Shown here: piece after piece, positions 9,790-19,428 of the stretch
Position numbering within the stretch: position 1 is the first letter of the stretch
Layout of the letters: every line of letters begins with the position of its first letter
Origin: Oscillospiraceae bacterium
GTDB lineage: Bacteria; Bacillota; Clostridia; Oscillospirales; Oscillospiraceae
Assembly: GCA_045599385.1 (NCBI GenBank)
Contig: JAZRVW010000037.1
Coordinates: 53 to 64,052 of the forward strand
Direction: 5' to 3'
DNA: 64,000 bases
The notes under the pieces: generated by a model
Told to the model about the DNA's origin: nothing
Database searches by the model: none
What the model saw: only the letters and a program-made list of their open reading frames with translations
Position numbers and translations under genes: made by a program

Positions 9790-10437
9790 TCAGCGCTTAC
9801 TCAGGAATTTCCATACAAATGCCGCAATTGCGCCGCCCACCAGAGGAGCAAGAATGAATACCCATACGCAAGAGAGTGCATCGCCGCCGACGAAAAGTGC
9901 GGGGCCGAAGCTGCGGGCGGGGTTGACGGAGGTTCCGGTGAAGGGAATGCCAATGAGGTGTACCAGAGTCAGAGAAAGACCGATTACAAGGCCTGCGACC
10001 TTGCCGTTTTCGGTTTTGCTGGTTACGCCCAGAATTGCAAGCACAAAGATGAAGGTCAGCACAACTTCAATGAGGAAGGAAGCGCATACATTGCCTTCAT
10101 ACAGTCCGTTGGTGCCGAGGGTGGAGTCTGCTCCGAGGAGAGCATAGAGAACCGCGGCGCCTGCGATTGCGCCCGCAAACTGTGCGACAACATAGCCGAT
10201 GAAGTCCTTGAAGGACATTCCGCCGTTGATGAGAACGCCGAGAGATACTGCGGGGTTAATATGGCAGCCGGAGATATTGCCGATGGAGTAGGCCATTGCA
10301 ACGATTACAAGGCCGAAGGCAAGTGCGGTTGCAATATAACCTGCTTCGGGGAATACGCAGCCCGTTACGGCGGCAACGCCGCAGGCTACTGCTACCAGCA
10401 CGAAGGTGCCGATAAATTCTGCTACATACTTTTTCAT
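9790..10437 (-). CDS. MIP-family aquaporin/glycerol-facilitator channel
   Basis: Two NPA boxes (HINPAVS, SVNPARS) and six TM segments. AGGAGG SD present. Confidence 0.9.
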   Translation of the reverse strand: MKKYVAEFIGTFVLVAVACGVAAVTGCVFPEAGYIATALAFGLVIVAMAYSIGNISGCHINPAVSLGVLINGGMSFKDFIGYVVAQFAGAIAGAAVLYALLGADSTLGTNGLYEGNVCASFLIEVVLTFIFVLAILGVTSKTENGKVAGLVIGLSLTLVHLIGIPFTGTSVNPARSFGPALFVGGDALSCVWVFILAPLVGGAIAAFVWKFLSKR

Positions 10438-10465
10438 TGTTTTTCCTCCTATTATTGATTAAAAT

Positions 10466-11059
10466 TTAAAAAATAAACATCTGGTCCTTCTGTTCGCGGA
10501 TTTTCTTTGTCCAGCACTTGTGGCACATGGCAATATAGCTGTCGTTGCCGCCCAGGAACACCTGGTCGCCCTCGGTGATGACTCGGCCGTTTTCGTCAAT
10601 TCTTGCGTTGACGGTTGCCTTTCTGCCGCAGGCGCAGACGGTTTTAATTTCGGTTATGGAGTCCGCAAGCTCCATAAGTCTGCGGGCACCGGGGAAGAAA
10701 TGGGTCAGGAAGTCGGTGCGCAGACCGAAGCAAAGCACGGGAATGCCGTCGTCATCAACAATCTCGCGAAGCTGGTCAATCTGCTCAGGGGTAAAGAACT
10801 GAGCCTCGTCGGCGATGATGACATCGTGTCTGCCTGCCTTGCGGTACTCCTTCAGTATATTCTGGTCGGGAGTGATTATCTGAGCCTTCTGCTCAAGTCC
10901 GATGCGGCTTTTGATTATGTCCGCGCCGTCGCGTGTATCCACGCTGGGCTTGATGAGCCATACGCTCATGCCGAGCTCCTCATAATTGAACTTTGTTATG
11001 AGTGCCTGCGCGGTTTTGGAGGAGCCCATTGCTCCGTACTTAAAATATAACTTGGCCAT
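10466..11059 (-). CDS. tdk: thymidine kinase
   Basis: P-loop GAMGSSKT and C-terminal zinc motif CACGRKAT..CHKC. Confidence 0.93.
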   Translation of the reverse strand: MAKLYFKYGAMGSSKTAQALITKFNYEELGMSVWLIKPSVDTRDGADIIKSRIGLEQKAQIITPDQNILKEYRKAGRHDVIIADEAQFFTPEQIDQLREIVDDDGIPVLCFGLRTDFLTHFFPGARRLMELADSITEIKTVCACGRKATVNARIDENGRVITEGDQVFLGGNDSYIAMCHKCWTKKIREQKDQMFIF

Positions 11060-11088
11060 AGCTTATCCTTACATTTAAATATATAGGC

Positions 11089-11706
11089 TTACCTGTTCAG
11101 ATGTGCTCTTACTCTCTGAAGCACCATTTCAAGCGCGACCTGATTGTGTCCGCCCTCGGGAATTATTACGTCGGCCTTGCGCTTGGAGGGCTCGACAAAC
11201 TGCTCGTGCATGGGCTTTACGGTGGTGAGGTACTGGTTAACAACGCTTTCAAGGCTTCTGCCGCGGTCACGCACATCGCGCACAATTCTGCGGAGGATTC
11301 TGACGTCCGCATCGGTGTCAACAAAAATCTTGATGTCCATAAGGTCGCAGAGCTCGTTGTTTTCAAAAATCAGGATACCCTCAACGATTATGACCTTTGC
11401 GGGCTTCACGGTTATTGTTTTTGCGGCGCGGTCATGGATTGTGTAATCGTATGTAGGGCTGAAAACCGTTTCCCCGTTTTTGAGCTTTTTGATGTCTGAA
11501 ATCATAAGCTCGGTGTCAAAGGCGTCGGGGTGGTCGTAGTTGAGCTTTGAGCGCTCCTCATAGCTCATGCTGTGGTGGGCCTTATAGTAGTTATCATGGT
11601 AAATAACGCTGACCTCGCCGCCGAAGTTCTGCATGATTTTTCTTGTGATTGTGGTTTTGCCGCTTCCCGTACCGCCTGCTATACCTATTACAATTATATC
11701 GCTCAT
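11089..11706 (-). CDS. udk: uridine kinase
   Basis: GIAGGTGSGKTT P-loop and a Udk-length (205 aa) collinear sequence. Confidence 0.92.
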   Translation of the reverse strand: MSDIIVIGIAGGTGSGKTTITRKIMQNFGGEVSVIYHDNYYKAHHSMSYEERSKLNYDHPDAFDTELMISDIKKLKNGETVFSPTYDYTIHDRAAKTITVKPAKVIIVEGILIFENNELCDLMDIKIFVDTDADVRILRRIVRDVRDRGRSLESVVNQYLTTVKPMHEQFVEPSKRKADVIIPEGGHNQVALEMVLQRVRAHLNR

Positions 11707-11831
11707 TCACATACTCTCCCACAATATCTTATTTATTGTGTATATTCTATCACAATTTGTCGGCGCTTGCAATTTGACTTTTATATAAATTTTGCTATAA
11801 TTTAATCAATCTTACTTCAGGAGGAATATTT

Positions 11832-12554
11832 ATGGCTACTCCGCATATCAAAGCCGAAAAGGGCGACTTCGCAAAAACCGTTCTCATGCCCGGCGATCCC
11901 CTGCGTTCTAAAATGATTGCAGAAAATTTCCTTGAAAATCCCGTACTCGTCAACAACGTCCGTGGTGTTCAGGGCTATACCGGCACCTGGAAGGGTGTTC
12001 CCGTTTCCGTCATGGCCTCCGGCATGGGCATGCCCGCCATCGGCATCTACAGCTATGAGCTGTTCAATTTCTTTGACGTTGACAACATCATCCGCGTAGG
12101 CTCCTGCGGTGCGTATCCCGATGATATAAAGCTCATGGACCTCATTGCAGCCCAGGCCGCCTGCACTGACTCCGATTACGCCCATCAGTATGAGCTCAAC
12201 GGCACCTTCGCCCCCATTGCAGACTACACGCTTCTTTCCGAAGCGGTGGAAGCCGCAAAGGAAAAGGGCATTGACATGAAGGTCGGCAACATTTTCTCCA
12301 GCGACAATTTCTATGCCCCCTCCGGCTGTGACAGTCATGACAAATGGCGCAGCATGGGCGTGCTGGGTACCGAAATGGAATCCGCCGCACTGTATATGAA
12401 CGCCGCTTACGCCGGCAAGCGTGCTCTGTGCATCTGCACCGTCACCGACCACCTTTACCGCGATGAAGCCCTTTCTTCCGAGGACCGTCAGCTGTCTCTG
12501 ACGCAGATGATTGAGGTTGCGCTGGACACCGCCGTAAGAATGGCCAAGTATTGA
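11832..12554 (+). CDS. deoD: purine nucleoside phosphorylase, DeoD type
   Basis: MATPHI..GDPLRSKMIAENFLE..MASGMGMPA..TEMESAALY. AGGAGG SD present. Confidence 0.93.
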   Translation: MATPHIKAEKGDFAKTVLMPGDPLRSKMIAENFLENPVLVNNVRGVQGYTGTWKGVPVSVMASGMGMPAIGIYSYELFNFFDVDNIIRVGSCGAYPDDIKLMDLIAAQAACTDSDYAHQYELNGTFAPIADYTLLSEAVEAAKEKGIDMKVGNIFSSDNFYAPSGCDSHDKWRSMGVLGTEMESAALYMNAAYAGKRALCICTVTDHLYRDEALSSEDRQLSLTQMIEVALDTAVRMAKY

Positions 12555-12605
12555 TTTACATAATTTTATTTTTGGCGATAATATACCTGAATTTACATTT
12601 TGTTC

Positions 12606-12635
12606 TTGCTTTAGCGCAATATGAAGTGTTATAAT
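12606..12635 (+). promoter_or_regulatory. promoter of the BMP lipoprotein gene (extended -10)
   Basis: TTGCTT-18 nt-TATAAT with TGn immediately upstream of the -10. Confidence 0.5.
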
Positions 12636-12645
12636 GCAGGCAGTA

Positions 12646-12664
12646 TGGGTAATTTATATACCCA
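12646..12664 (+). promoter_or_regulatory. candidate operator palindrome
   Basis: TGGGTAatttataTACCCA dyad 10-30 nt downstream of the -10 box. Confidence 0.3.
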
Positions 12665-12702
12665 AGAATTTGTGAAAACAAAATTTATACGGAGGAAAAA
12701 AA

Positions 12703-13836
12703 ATGAAAAGATTTCTCGCACTGATGCTCGCACTGTGCATGGTCTTTGCTCTCTGCGCTTGCGGCGGCGATGACGGCAGCAAGAAGGACGGCAAGGCAGA
12801 AGGCGGCGAAGATGCCGTTGCAAAAGTTGCAATGATCACCGACTACGGCGACATCACCGACCAGTCCTTTAACCAGACCACCTATGAAGCATGCAAAGCG
12901 TTCTGCGCAGACAACGGTCTTGACTTCACTTACTACAAGCCCGCTTCCGACTCCGACGCTGACCGTGTTGCAATGATCGACAAGGCAGTTGCTGACGGCT
13001 ACAACGTAATAGTAATGCCCGGCTATGCATTTGCAAACGCCATCAAGGAAGCTGCTCCCAACTACCCCGATGTTAAGTTCTTTGCACTTGACGTCGGCGA
13101 AGGCGACTTCGGCGATTGGACTCTCCCCGAAAACGTATTCTCCGCTGTTTACCAGGAAGAGCTCTGCGGCTACATGGCTGGCTACGCAGCTGTTAAGCTC
13201 GGCTACAAGCAGCTCGGCTTCCTCGGCGGCATGGCAGTTCCCGCAGTTGTTCGTTACGGCTATGGCTTCGTTCAGGGCGTTAACGCAGCAGCAGAGGAGC
13301 TCGAAATTGCTGATCAGGTCAGCGTAAAGTACGTTTACGGCAACACCTTCGGACCCGACCCCGCAGTTAAGGCAGTTATGGATACCTGGTTCGGCGCAGG
13401 CACCGAGGTCGTATTCGCATGCGGCGGCGGTATCTACATCTCCGCAGCAGAAGCAGCCAAGGACGCAGGTGCAAAGATCATCGGCGTTGACGTTGACCAG
13501 GCTGGCATCATCGACGGCCAGTACGGCGAAGGCATGACCGTTACTTCCGCAATGAAGGGTCTTGCAGCAACCGTTAACACCGTTCTTGCTGATATCGTTG
13601 CAGGCAACTGGGACAACTACTCCGGCAAGATCTCCACTCTGGGTCTCGTATCCGAAGTTCCCGCTGAGAACTACGTTCAGATCGCTGGCTCCACCCAGTT
13701 CGGCGAAGGCTTCACCGCTGATGACTACGCAGCACTCGTTGCAGCAATGTTCTCCGGCGATGTAACCGTTTCCGCTGACATTGAGGCTATGCCCGAAGTA
13801 TCTGTCAAGGTTGAGACCTTCGACAACATTCTGTAA
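12703..13836 (+). CDS. BMP-family nucleoside-binding lipoprotein (NupN/PnrA-like ABC substrate-binding protein)
   Basis: Lipobox LALCAC|GG and a Bmp-family body, followed by the cognate ATPase and two permeases. Confidence 0.88.
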   Translation: MKRFLALMLALCMVFALCACGGDDGSKKDGKAEGGEDAVAKVAMITDYGDITDQSFNQTTYEACKAFCADNGLDFTYYKPASDSDADRVAMIDKAVADGYNVIVMPGYAFANAIKEAAPNYPDVKFFALDVGEGDFGDWTLPENVFSAVYQEELCGYMAGYAAVKLGYKQLGFLGGMAVPAVVRYGYGFVQGVNAAAEELEIADQVSVKYVYGNTFGPDPAVKAVMDTWFGAGTEVVFACGGGIYISAAEAAKDAGAKIIGVDVDQAGIIDGQYGEGMTVTSAMKGLAATVNTVLADIVAGNWDNYSGKISTLGLVSEVPAENYVQIAGSTQFGEGFTADDYAALVAAMFSGDVTVSADIEAMPEVSVKVETFDNIL

Positions 13837-13857
13837 TTCACAAGTTTACAATCCATT

Positions 13858-13890
13858 AGACAGACGGGATTTATCCCGTCTGTCTTTTTT
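13858..13890 (+). terminator. rho-independent terminator
   Basis: AGACAGACGGGAtttaTCCCGTCTGTCT stem followed by TTTTT. Confidence 0.8.
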
Positions 13891-13987
13891 GTTGCTGTTT
13901 ATGCGGCAAAAAAGCAGATATTGTGAGCTGAACTATATTTCTCACCGATATTTTGTGTTTTTTCTCCTAATTTTGATAATATTTGAT

Positions 13988-14016
13988 TTGCATTGTAGGC
14001 TTTACTAATGTATAAT
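13988..14016 (+). promoter_or_regulatory. internal promoter for ABC ATPase/permease genes
   Basis: TTGCAT-17 nt-TATAAT. The -10 box overlaps the ORF-track ATG at 14015, which argues against that start. Confidence 0.5.
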
Positions 14017-14053
14017 GTTTTCGTATATGTTCACGAAAGGGGAGATATTTGTT

Positions 14054-15598
14054 TTGGAACAGGCATATGCAATTGAAATGCTGCATATTACCAAGCGCTT
14101 TCCCGGCATCATCGCAAACGATGATATAACGCTTCAGCTCAAAAAGGGCGAGATTCACGCTCTTCTCGGCGAAAACGGTGCGGGCAAGAGCACACTTATG
14201 AGTGTTTTGTTCGGACTTTATCAGGCAGAAGAGGGTATTATTAAAAAGGACGGCAAGGAAGTCAAGATAAACGACCCCAACGACGCCAACGACCTTGGCA
14301 TCGGCATGGTGCATCAGCACTTCAAGCTCGTTGAGTGCTTCACCGTTCTTGATAACATCATTCTCGGCGATGAGCCCGTTTCCAAGGGCGGCTTCCTCAA
14401 AAAAGACGAGGCCCGGAAGAAAGTCGTTGAGCTCTCCGAGAAATACGGCCTCATGGTTGATCCCGATGCTTACATCGAGGACATCACCGTCGGCATGCAG
14501 CAGAGGACCGAAATCCTCAAGATGCTCTACCGCGATAATGAGATCCTCATTTTCGACGAACCTACCGCAGTTCTGACTCCCCAGGAGATTGAGGAGCTCA
14601 TGCAGATTATGAAGAACCTTGCCGCAGAGGGCAAGTCCATTCTCTTCATTTCCCACAAGCTCAACGAGATTATGGAGGTTGCCGACCGCTGCAGCGTTCT
14701 CCGCAAGGGCAAGTACATCGGCACCGTTGACATTGCCTCCACCACCAAGGAAGAGCTTTCACGCATGATGGTCGGTCGTGACGTTGAATTTGCCGTTCAC
14801 AAGGAAGAAGCAAAAATCGGCGACGTCATTCTGGACGTTCAGGGTCTCACCGTGGCCTCCAAAGCCCACGCCAACAACGCCGTAAAGGACGTTTCCTTCC
14901 AGGTGCGCGCAGGCGAAATCGTCTGTATCGCAGGTATCGACGGCAACGGTCAGACCGAGCTGGTTTACGGTCTTACAGGTCTTGAAACTCCCAAGTCCGG
15001 CAAGGTCACTCTCAACGGCAGGGACATTTCCCATGACTCGATCCGTCGCCGCAACACACACGGCATGAGCCACATTCCCGAAGACCGCCACAAGCACGGT
15101 CTCGTTCTGGACTACTCCCTGGAGTACAACATGGTGCTTCAGCGCTACTTTGAGTCCGACTTTGTTTCCAAGCTCGGCTTCCTGAAGCGCAAAAATATCC
15201 GCGAATATTCCGACAGACTTATTGAGCAGTACGACGTCCGCTCCGGTCAGGGCTCCATCACCGTCGCACGCAGTATGTCCGGCGGCAATCAGCAGAAAGC
15301 CATCATCGCCCGCGAGGTTGATAAGAATCCCGACCTTCTCGTTGCGGTTCAGCCCACCCGCGGCCTTGACGTCGGCGCAATTGAGTTTATCCACAAGAAG
15401 CTGGTTGAGCAGCGTGACGCAGGTCATGCCGTTCTGCTGGTATCCCTGGAGCTTGAAGAGGTCATGAGCGTTCCCGATCGCATTCTTGTCATGTACGAGG
15501 GCGAAATCGTCGGTGAGCTTGACCCCAAGACTACCACTGTTGAAGAGCTGGGTCTCTACATGGCCGGTGCAAAGAAGGAGGTCAAAGCTGATGAATAA
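14054..15598 (+). CDS. nucleoside/sugar ABC transporter ATP-binding protein (duplicated ATPase, NupO-like)
   Basis: Two ABC cassettes (Walker A GENGAGKST and GIDGNGQTE; signatures VGMQQR, MSGGNQQK). Start taken as TTG 14054, 9 nt after AAAGGGGAG. The ORF is open from 14015. Confidence 0.9.
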   Translation: MEQAYAIEMLHITKRFPGIIANDDITLQLKKGEIHALLGENGAGKSTLMSVLFGLYQAEEGIIKKDGKEVKINDPNDANDLGIGMVHQHFKLVECFTVLDNIILGDEPVSKGGFLKKDEARKKVVELSEKYGLMVDPDAYIEDITVGMQQRTEILKMLYRDNEILIFDEPTAVLTPQEIEELMQIMKNLAAEGKSILFISHKLNEIMEVADRCSVLRKGKYIGTVDIASTTKEELSRMMVGRDVEFAVHKEEAKIGDVILDVQGLTVASKAHANNAVKDVSFQVRAGEIVCIAGIDGNGQTELVYGLTGLETPKSGKVTLNGRDISHDSIRRRNTHGMSHIPEDRHKHGLVLDYSLEYNMVLQRYFESDFVSKLGFLKRKNIREYSDRLIEQYDVRSGQGSITVARSMSGGNQQKAIIAREVDKNPDLLVAVQPTRGLDVGAIEFIHKKLVEQRDAGHAVLLVSLELEEVMSVPDRILVMYEGEIVGELDPKTTTVEELGLYMAGAKKEVKADE

Positions 15599-16856
15599 AG
15601 AGAAACGTTCCCTCCTGAAGAACGACGGAATTCAGTCCTTCATAGCATCTATTATCTGCATAGTTCTGGGTCTTTTCCTTGGCTACATCGTTCTGCTGTT
15701 CATAAACGCCGATGGTGCAGGAAACGCGATCACCAGTCTTATCAAGAACTTCTTCAACTACCCCAATGAGCAGGTCGCTATGAAATACTTCGGCAACACC
15801 CTGGTGAAGACCGCTCCCCTGCTTATGTGCTCTCTGTCTATTCTGTTTGCATATAAGGTCGGTCTCTTCAACATCGGCGTTGCAGGTCAGTATGCCGCCG
15901 GCGCAGGCGTCTGCATCTACGCAGCTCTGGCACTTAATATGCCCTGGTGGGCCTGCATGCTTCTCGGTATGCTGGCAGGTGCCGTTCTCGGTGCCATCAG
16001 CGGTATTCTCAAATCCTACTGCAACGTTAACGAGGTCATCTCGGGCATCATGCTCAACTGGATCACCCTCTATGCCATGAATGACCTGCTGAGCAAGGTC
16101 AAGGAGCCCACCAGCCCCTACACCGTACATATCGAAGGTGTGAACCCCGAGGCTATTATCCCCACTATGGGTCTTGACACGCTCTTTACCAACAACCGCT
16201 ACGTGACCATCGCAATTCCCATTTCCATTCTTCTGGCTTTTGCAATTTATATTATAATGGAAAAGACCAAGTTCGGTTACGAGCTGAAGGCCACCGGCTT
16301 CAACAAAAACGCTGCCAAGTACTGCGGCATGGCCGGTAACCGCAACACCATTCTCACCCTCCTCATCGGCGGTGCTCTGGCAGGTCTCGGTGCAGGACTC
16401 TTCTACCTCACCGGCTTTGAGCAGTGGTCCTGCGGTCAGGCTTCCGTTCCCGCCATGGGCTTCAACGGCATTGCCGCCGCCTTCCTGGGCGGACTTAACC
16501 CCATTGGCGCCATTTTCTCCTCTTACTTTATCCAGCACATCACCGTGGGCGGTGCATACGTTGACAAGTCCATGTACTGCTCCCAGATCTCTGATCTTAT
16601 CTCCTCCATCATCATCTACCTCTGTGGCTTCGTTCTCTTCATGAAGTACTTCATGAACAACTGCATTGATAAGTCCGAGGAGCGCAAGGCAGCACGCAAA
16701 AAGAACAATTCTAAAGTTAAAGCTGTCACTGAGGCCGCTGAAGAAGCAGTTGCGATTGCAAATAATAATCTCGCCGAAGCAGAATCTTCCGAGAAAGAAG
16801 AGGCTGAACCCGCATTAACTGTTGCAGAAAATACCGACGGAGGTGACGAGAAATGA
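15591..16856 (+). CDS. ABC transporter permease (NupP-like)
   Basis: ATG 15591 lies 10 nt after AAGGAGG and overlaps the ATPase stop. Polytopic protein with a ~65-aa acidic/Ala-rich C-terminal tail. Confidence 0.88.
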   Translation: MNKEKRSLLKNDGIQSFIASIICIVLGLFLGYIVLLFINADGAGNAITSLIKNFFNYPNEQVAMKYFGNTLVKTAPLLMCSLSILFAYKVGLFNIGVAGQYAAGAGVCIYAALALNMPWWACMLLGMLAGAVLGAISGILKSYCNVNEVISGIMLNWITLYAMNDLLSKVKEPTSPYTVHIEGVNPEAIIPTMGLDTLFTNNRYVTIAIPISILLAFAIYIIMEKTKFGYELKATGFNKNAAKYCGMAGNRNTILTLLIGGALAGLGAGLFYLTGFEQWSCGQASVPAMGFNGIAAAFLGGLNPIGAIFSSYFIQHITVGGAYVDKSMYCSQISDLISSIIIYLCGFVLFMKYFMNNCIDKSEERKAARKKNNSKVKAVTEAAEEAVAIANNNLAEAESSEKEEAEPALTVAENTDGGDEK

Positions 16857-17791
16857 CATTACTTATTCAGTACACCATTCTTTACGCGTCAGTTCTTATT
16901 CTCGTTGCACTGGGCGGTTGCTTTGCCGAGCACTCCGGTGTCATAAACCTGGGTCTTGAAGGCATCATGGTCATGGGCGCTTTGGGCGGTGCTCTGGCAA
17001 TGAAATATCTTGAGGGAAGCTCCCCCATCGTTATTGTGCTGGTCACCATTCTGGCGGCTGCCGTAACCGGCATGATATTCTCCGCCCTGCTGGCCGTTGC
17101 CTGCATTAACTTCAAGGCTGACCAGACCATAGTCGGTACCGCGCTGAACATGCTGGGTCTTGCCGCAGCAACGGTTATTGTCAAGGCCATCAACACCGCA
17201 GAAAATCCCGATAACGTTTCCTCCACCATCCAGTATATCTCCCAGAAGGAAGCTTTCGTGGAAAGACTGGGCGGCTTTGACTTCAACTGGCTCATGCTGG
17301 TGGCACTCATTGCCCTCATCGTATCATTTGTAACTCTTTACAAGACCCGCTTCGGTCTGCGTCTCATGGCCTGCGGCGAGCATCCCCAGGCTGCTGACTC
17401 CGTGGGTATCAACGTCTATAAGATGCGCTGGTCCGGCGTTCTCATCTCCGGCATTCTTGGCGGTCTCGGCGGCATCATGTACATCATTGCCGGCGCAAGC
17501 GAATGGAAATTCGAGGCGGGCGTTGCCGGCTTCGGCTTCCTGTCTCTTGCAGTTATGATTTTCGGCCAGTGGAAGCCCCACAGAATTGCTTTGGCTGCTC
17601 TTCTCTTCGGTCTTTTCAGAGCTCTCGCCAGCGTATATTCCGGCTTCGACTTCCTGCTGGATCTGCACATTTCCGGCTCCATCTACAAGATGATGCCCTA
17701 CATCATTTCCCTTATTGTTCTCGCTCTCACCTCCAAGCGCTCCCGCGCTCCGAAGGCAGAAGGCATACCCTACGAAAAGGGAATGCGATAA
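16853..17791 (+). CDS. ABC transporter permease (NupQ-like)
   Basis: 4-nt overlap with the preceding permease. Polytopic 312-aa protein. Confidence 0.88.
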   Translation: MTLLIQYTILYASVLILVALGGCFAEHSGVINLGLEGIMVMGALGGALAMKYLEGSSPIVIVLVTILAAAVTGMIFSALLAVACINFKADQTIVGTALNMLGLAAATVIVKAINTAENPDNVSSTIQYISQKEAFVERLGGFDFNWLMLVALIALIVSFVTLYKTRFGLRLMACGEHPQAADSVGINVYKMRWSGVLISGILGGLGGIMYIIAGASEWKFEAGVAGFGFLSLAVMIFGQWKPHRIALAALLFGLFRALASVYSGFDFLLDLHISGSIYKMMPYIISLIVLALTSKRSRAPKAEGIPYEKGMR

Positions 17792-17811
17792 AGATTATCA
17801 CAAACCAAAAA

Positions 17812-17844
17812 AGAACTCCATCTCAACGAGATGGAGTTCTTTTA
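17812..17844. terminator. bidirectional terminator between convergent genes
   Basis: AGAACTCCATCTcaacgAGATGGAGTTCT stem flanked by an A-run and a T-run. Confidence 0.75.
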
Positions 17845-17852
17845 ATATTCTT

Positions 17853-18314
17853 TTATATTGCGGAACCAACGGAGATAACGCCGAAGGTTACCGCCAGAAC
17901 GATGAGCCCCGCAATCAGCACGCCGAGGAGTATGGCAGGCAGCGCGTCCTTCAGCCGCATGTTAAGCAGTGATGCCACCAGTGCACCCGTCCATGCGCCT
18001 GTACCCGGCAGCGGAATTGCAACCAGAATCAGCAGACCCCAGAAGCTGTAGGCCCTCACCTGCTGGGCCTTTTCCTCGCCCTTGCGTTCAAGCCATGAAG
18101 TGAATTTTAAAAGGATATTGTGTTCTTTCAGCCATTCGATAATCTTGCGGGTAAGCAGAATAAGAAACGGTATAGGCAGCATGTTGCCCACAGCGCCAAT
18201 AACGTATGCAAACCACGGGTCAAGTCCATTGGCAACGCCAACGGGTATGGCTCCTCGTATCTCCAGCACGGGCAAAAGCGACGTGCCGAAGGTATATAGG
18301 ATTGCTTTCAGCAT
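17853..18314 (-). CDS. small multidrug export-like membrane protein (COG2426 family)
   Basis: Signature N-terminus LLPVLEIRGAIPVG and four TM segments. Confidence 0.75.
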   Translation of the reverse strand: MLKAILYTFGTSLLPVLEIRGAIPVGVANGLDPWFAYVIGAVGNMLPIPFLILLTRKIIEWLKEHNILLKFTSWLERKGEEKAQQVRAYSFWGLLILVAIPLPGTGAWTGALVASLLNMRLKDALPAILLGVLIAGLIVLAVTFGVISVGSAI

Positions 18315-18334
18315 TATTTATCTCCGATGTTAAT

Positions 18335-18976
18335 TTATGAGAAGTTTATTGATGCCATGGCCTCACGGCAATAATGGTTGAAGCGGCGCTCACGCTCAAG
18401 AGTTGTACTGTCCATGTGACCGGGGTACACCTCGTAGTCACCGGGCAGGTCGCAGAGCTTTTTCAGAGAACGCAGTTCGCTGCGGAAGCCTCCGCCGGGC
18501 AGGTCGGTTCTGCCGCAGGAGCCGCGGAACAGCGTATCGCCTGTGAACAGCACGTCCTTTTCGGACTTGTCATCGCCGCAGAGAAGAGTCACGCTTCCCG
18601 GCGTATGACCGGGAGTTGCGATAACACCGAAGCGGATACTGCCCACCTTTATGATGTCGCCCTCATCGTAGTATCTTCCGCCTTCAGGCATCTTGTACTT
18701 GATACCGCTCATACCGACCTCGTAGCCTTCGTCACGTGGGTTGATATAAAGAATGGCGCCCGTTTCCTCCATCACAGTCTCCACAGCACCCACATGGTCA
18801 TAGTGGCCGTGGGTGAGCAGAATGGTGGTGCATCTGAGCTTGTTGCTTTCAATGTAATCAAGAATAGTATTGCTTTCATCGCCGGGGTCAATAACTGCAC
18901 ATTCAAGGGTATCCTCGTCAGTGACGATGTAACAGTTGGTCTCAAGCTGGCCTACGGGCAGAGTTTTTATAAGCAT
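18335..18976 (-). CDS. MBL-fold metallo-hydrolase
   Basis: HGHYDH (HxHxDH) motif, later His/Asp ligands (GHTPGS, GD..F) and a glyoxalase-II-like length. Confidence 0.88.
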   Translation of the reverse strand: MLIKTLPVGQLETNCYIVTDEDTLECAVIDPGDESNTILDYIESNKLRCTTILLTHGHYDHVGAVETVMEETGAILYINPRDEGYEVGMSGIKYKMPEGGRYYDEGDIIKVGSIRFGVIATPGHTPGSVTLLCGDDKSEKDVLFTGDTLFRGSCGRTDLPGGGFRSELRSLKKLCDLPGDYEVYPGHMDSTTLERERRFNHYCREAMASINFS

Positions 18977-18977
18977 A

Positions 18978-19421
18978 TTAAAGCTCCTTTGTATCGAGAA
19001 TGATTGTTACCGGACCGTCGTTAATGGATTCTACCTTCATTTCAGCGCCGAATTCACCCGTTCCGACCTTGAAGCCTCTCGCCTCGCACTCGGCAATGAC
19101 CTTTTCGTAAAGGGGAATTGCCTTTTCGGGACGTGCGGCCTTTGAGAAGCCGGGGCGTCGTGATTTGCAGTCGGCAAACAGCGTAAACTGGCTTATTATC
19201 AGAAGCTCGGCACCTGCATCGGCGGGATTGACATTCATCTTGCCTGCTTCATCATGGAATATGCGCAGGCCGCAGATTTTATCCGCAATTTTTACAGCGT
19301 CCTTTTCCTCGTCGTCCTGATGCACACCGAGAAGAATAAGGAAGCCCTTTCCTATACTGCTTTTGACCTTTCCGTCTATTGCGACAGAGGCGCGGTCAAC
19401 GCGGGTGAGTACTGCTCTCAA
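18978..19421 (-). CDS. dtd: D-aminoacyl-tRNA deacylase
   Basis: SQFTLFAD and GEFGAEM motifs in a 147-aa protein. TTG start behind a GGAGGTTGAGGA SD. Confidence 0.92.
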   Translation of the reverse strand: MRAVLTRVDRASVAIDGKVKSSIGKGFLILLGVHQDDEEKDAVKIADKICGLRIFHDEAGKMNVNPADAGAELLIISQFTLFADCKSRRPGFSKAARPEKAIPLYEKVIAECEARGFKVGTGEFGAEMKVESINDGPVTIILDTKEL

Positions 19422-19428
19422 TGTATCC

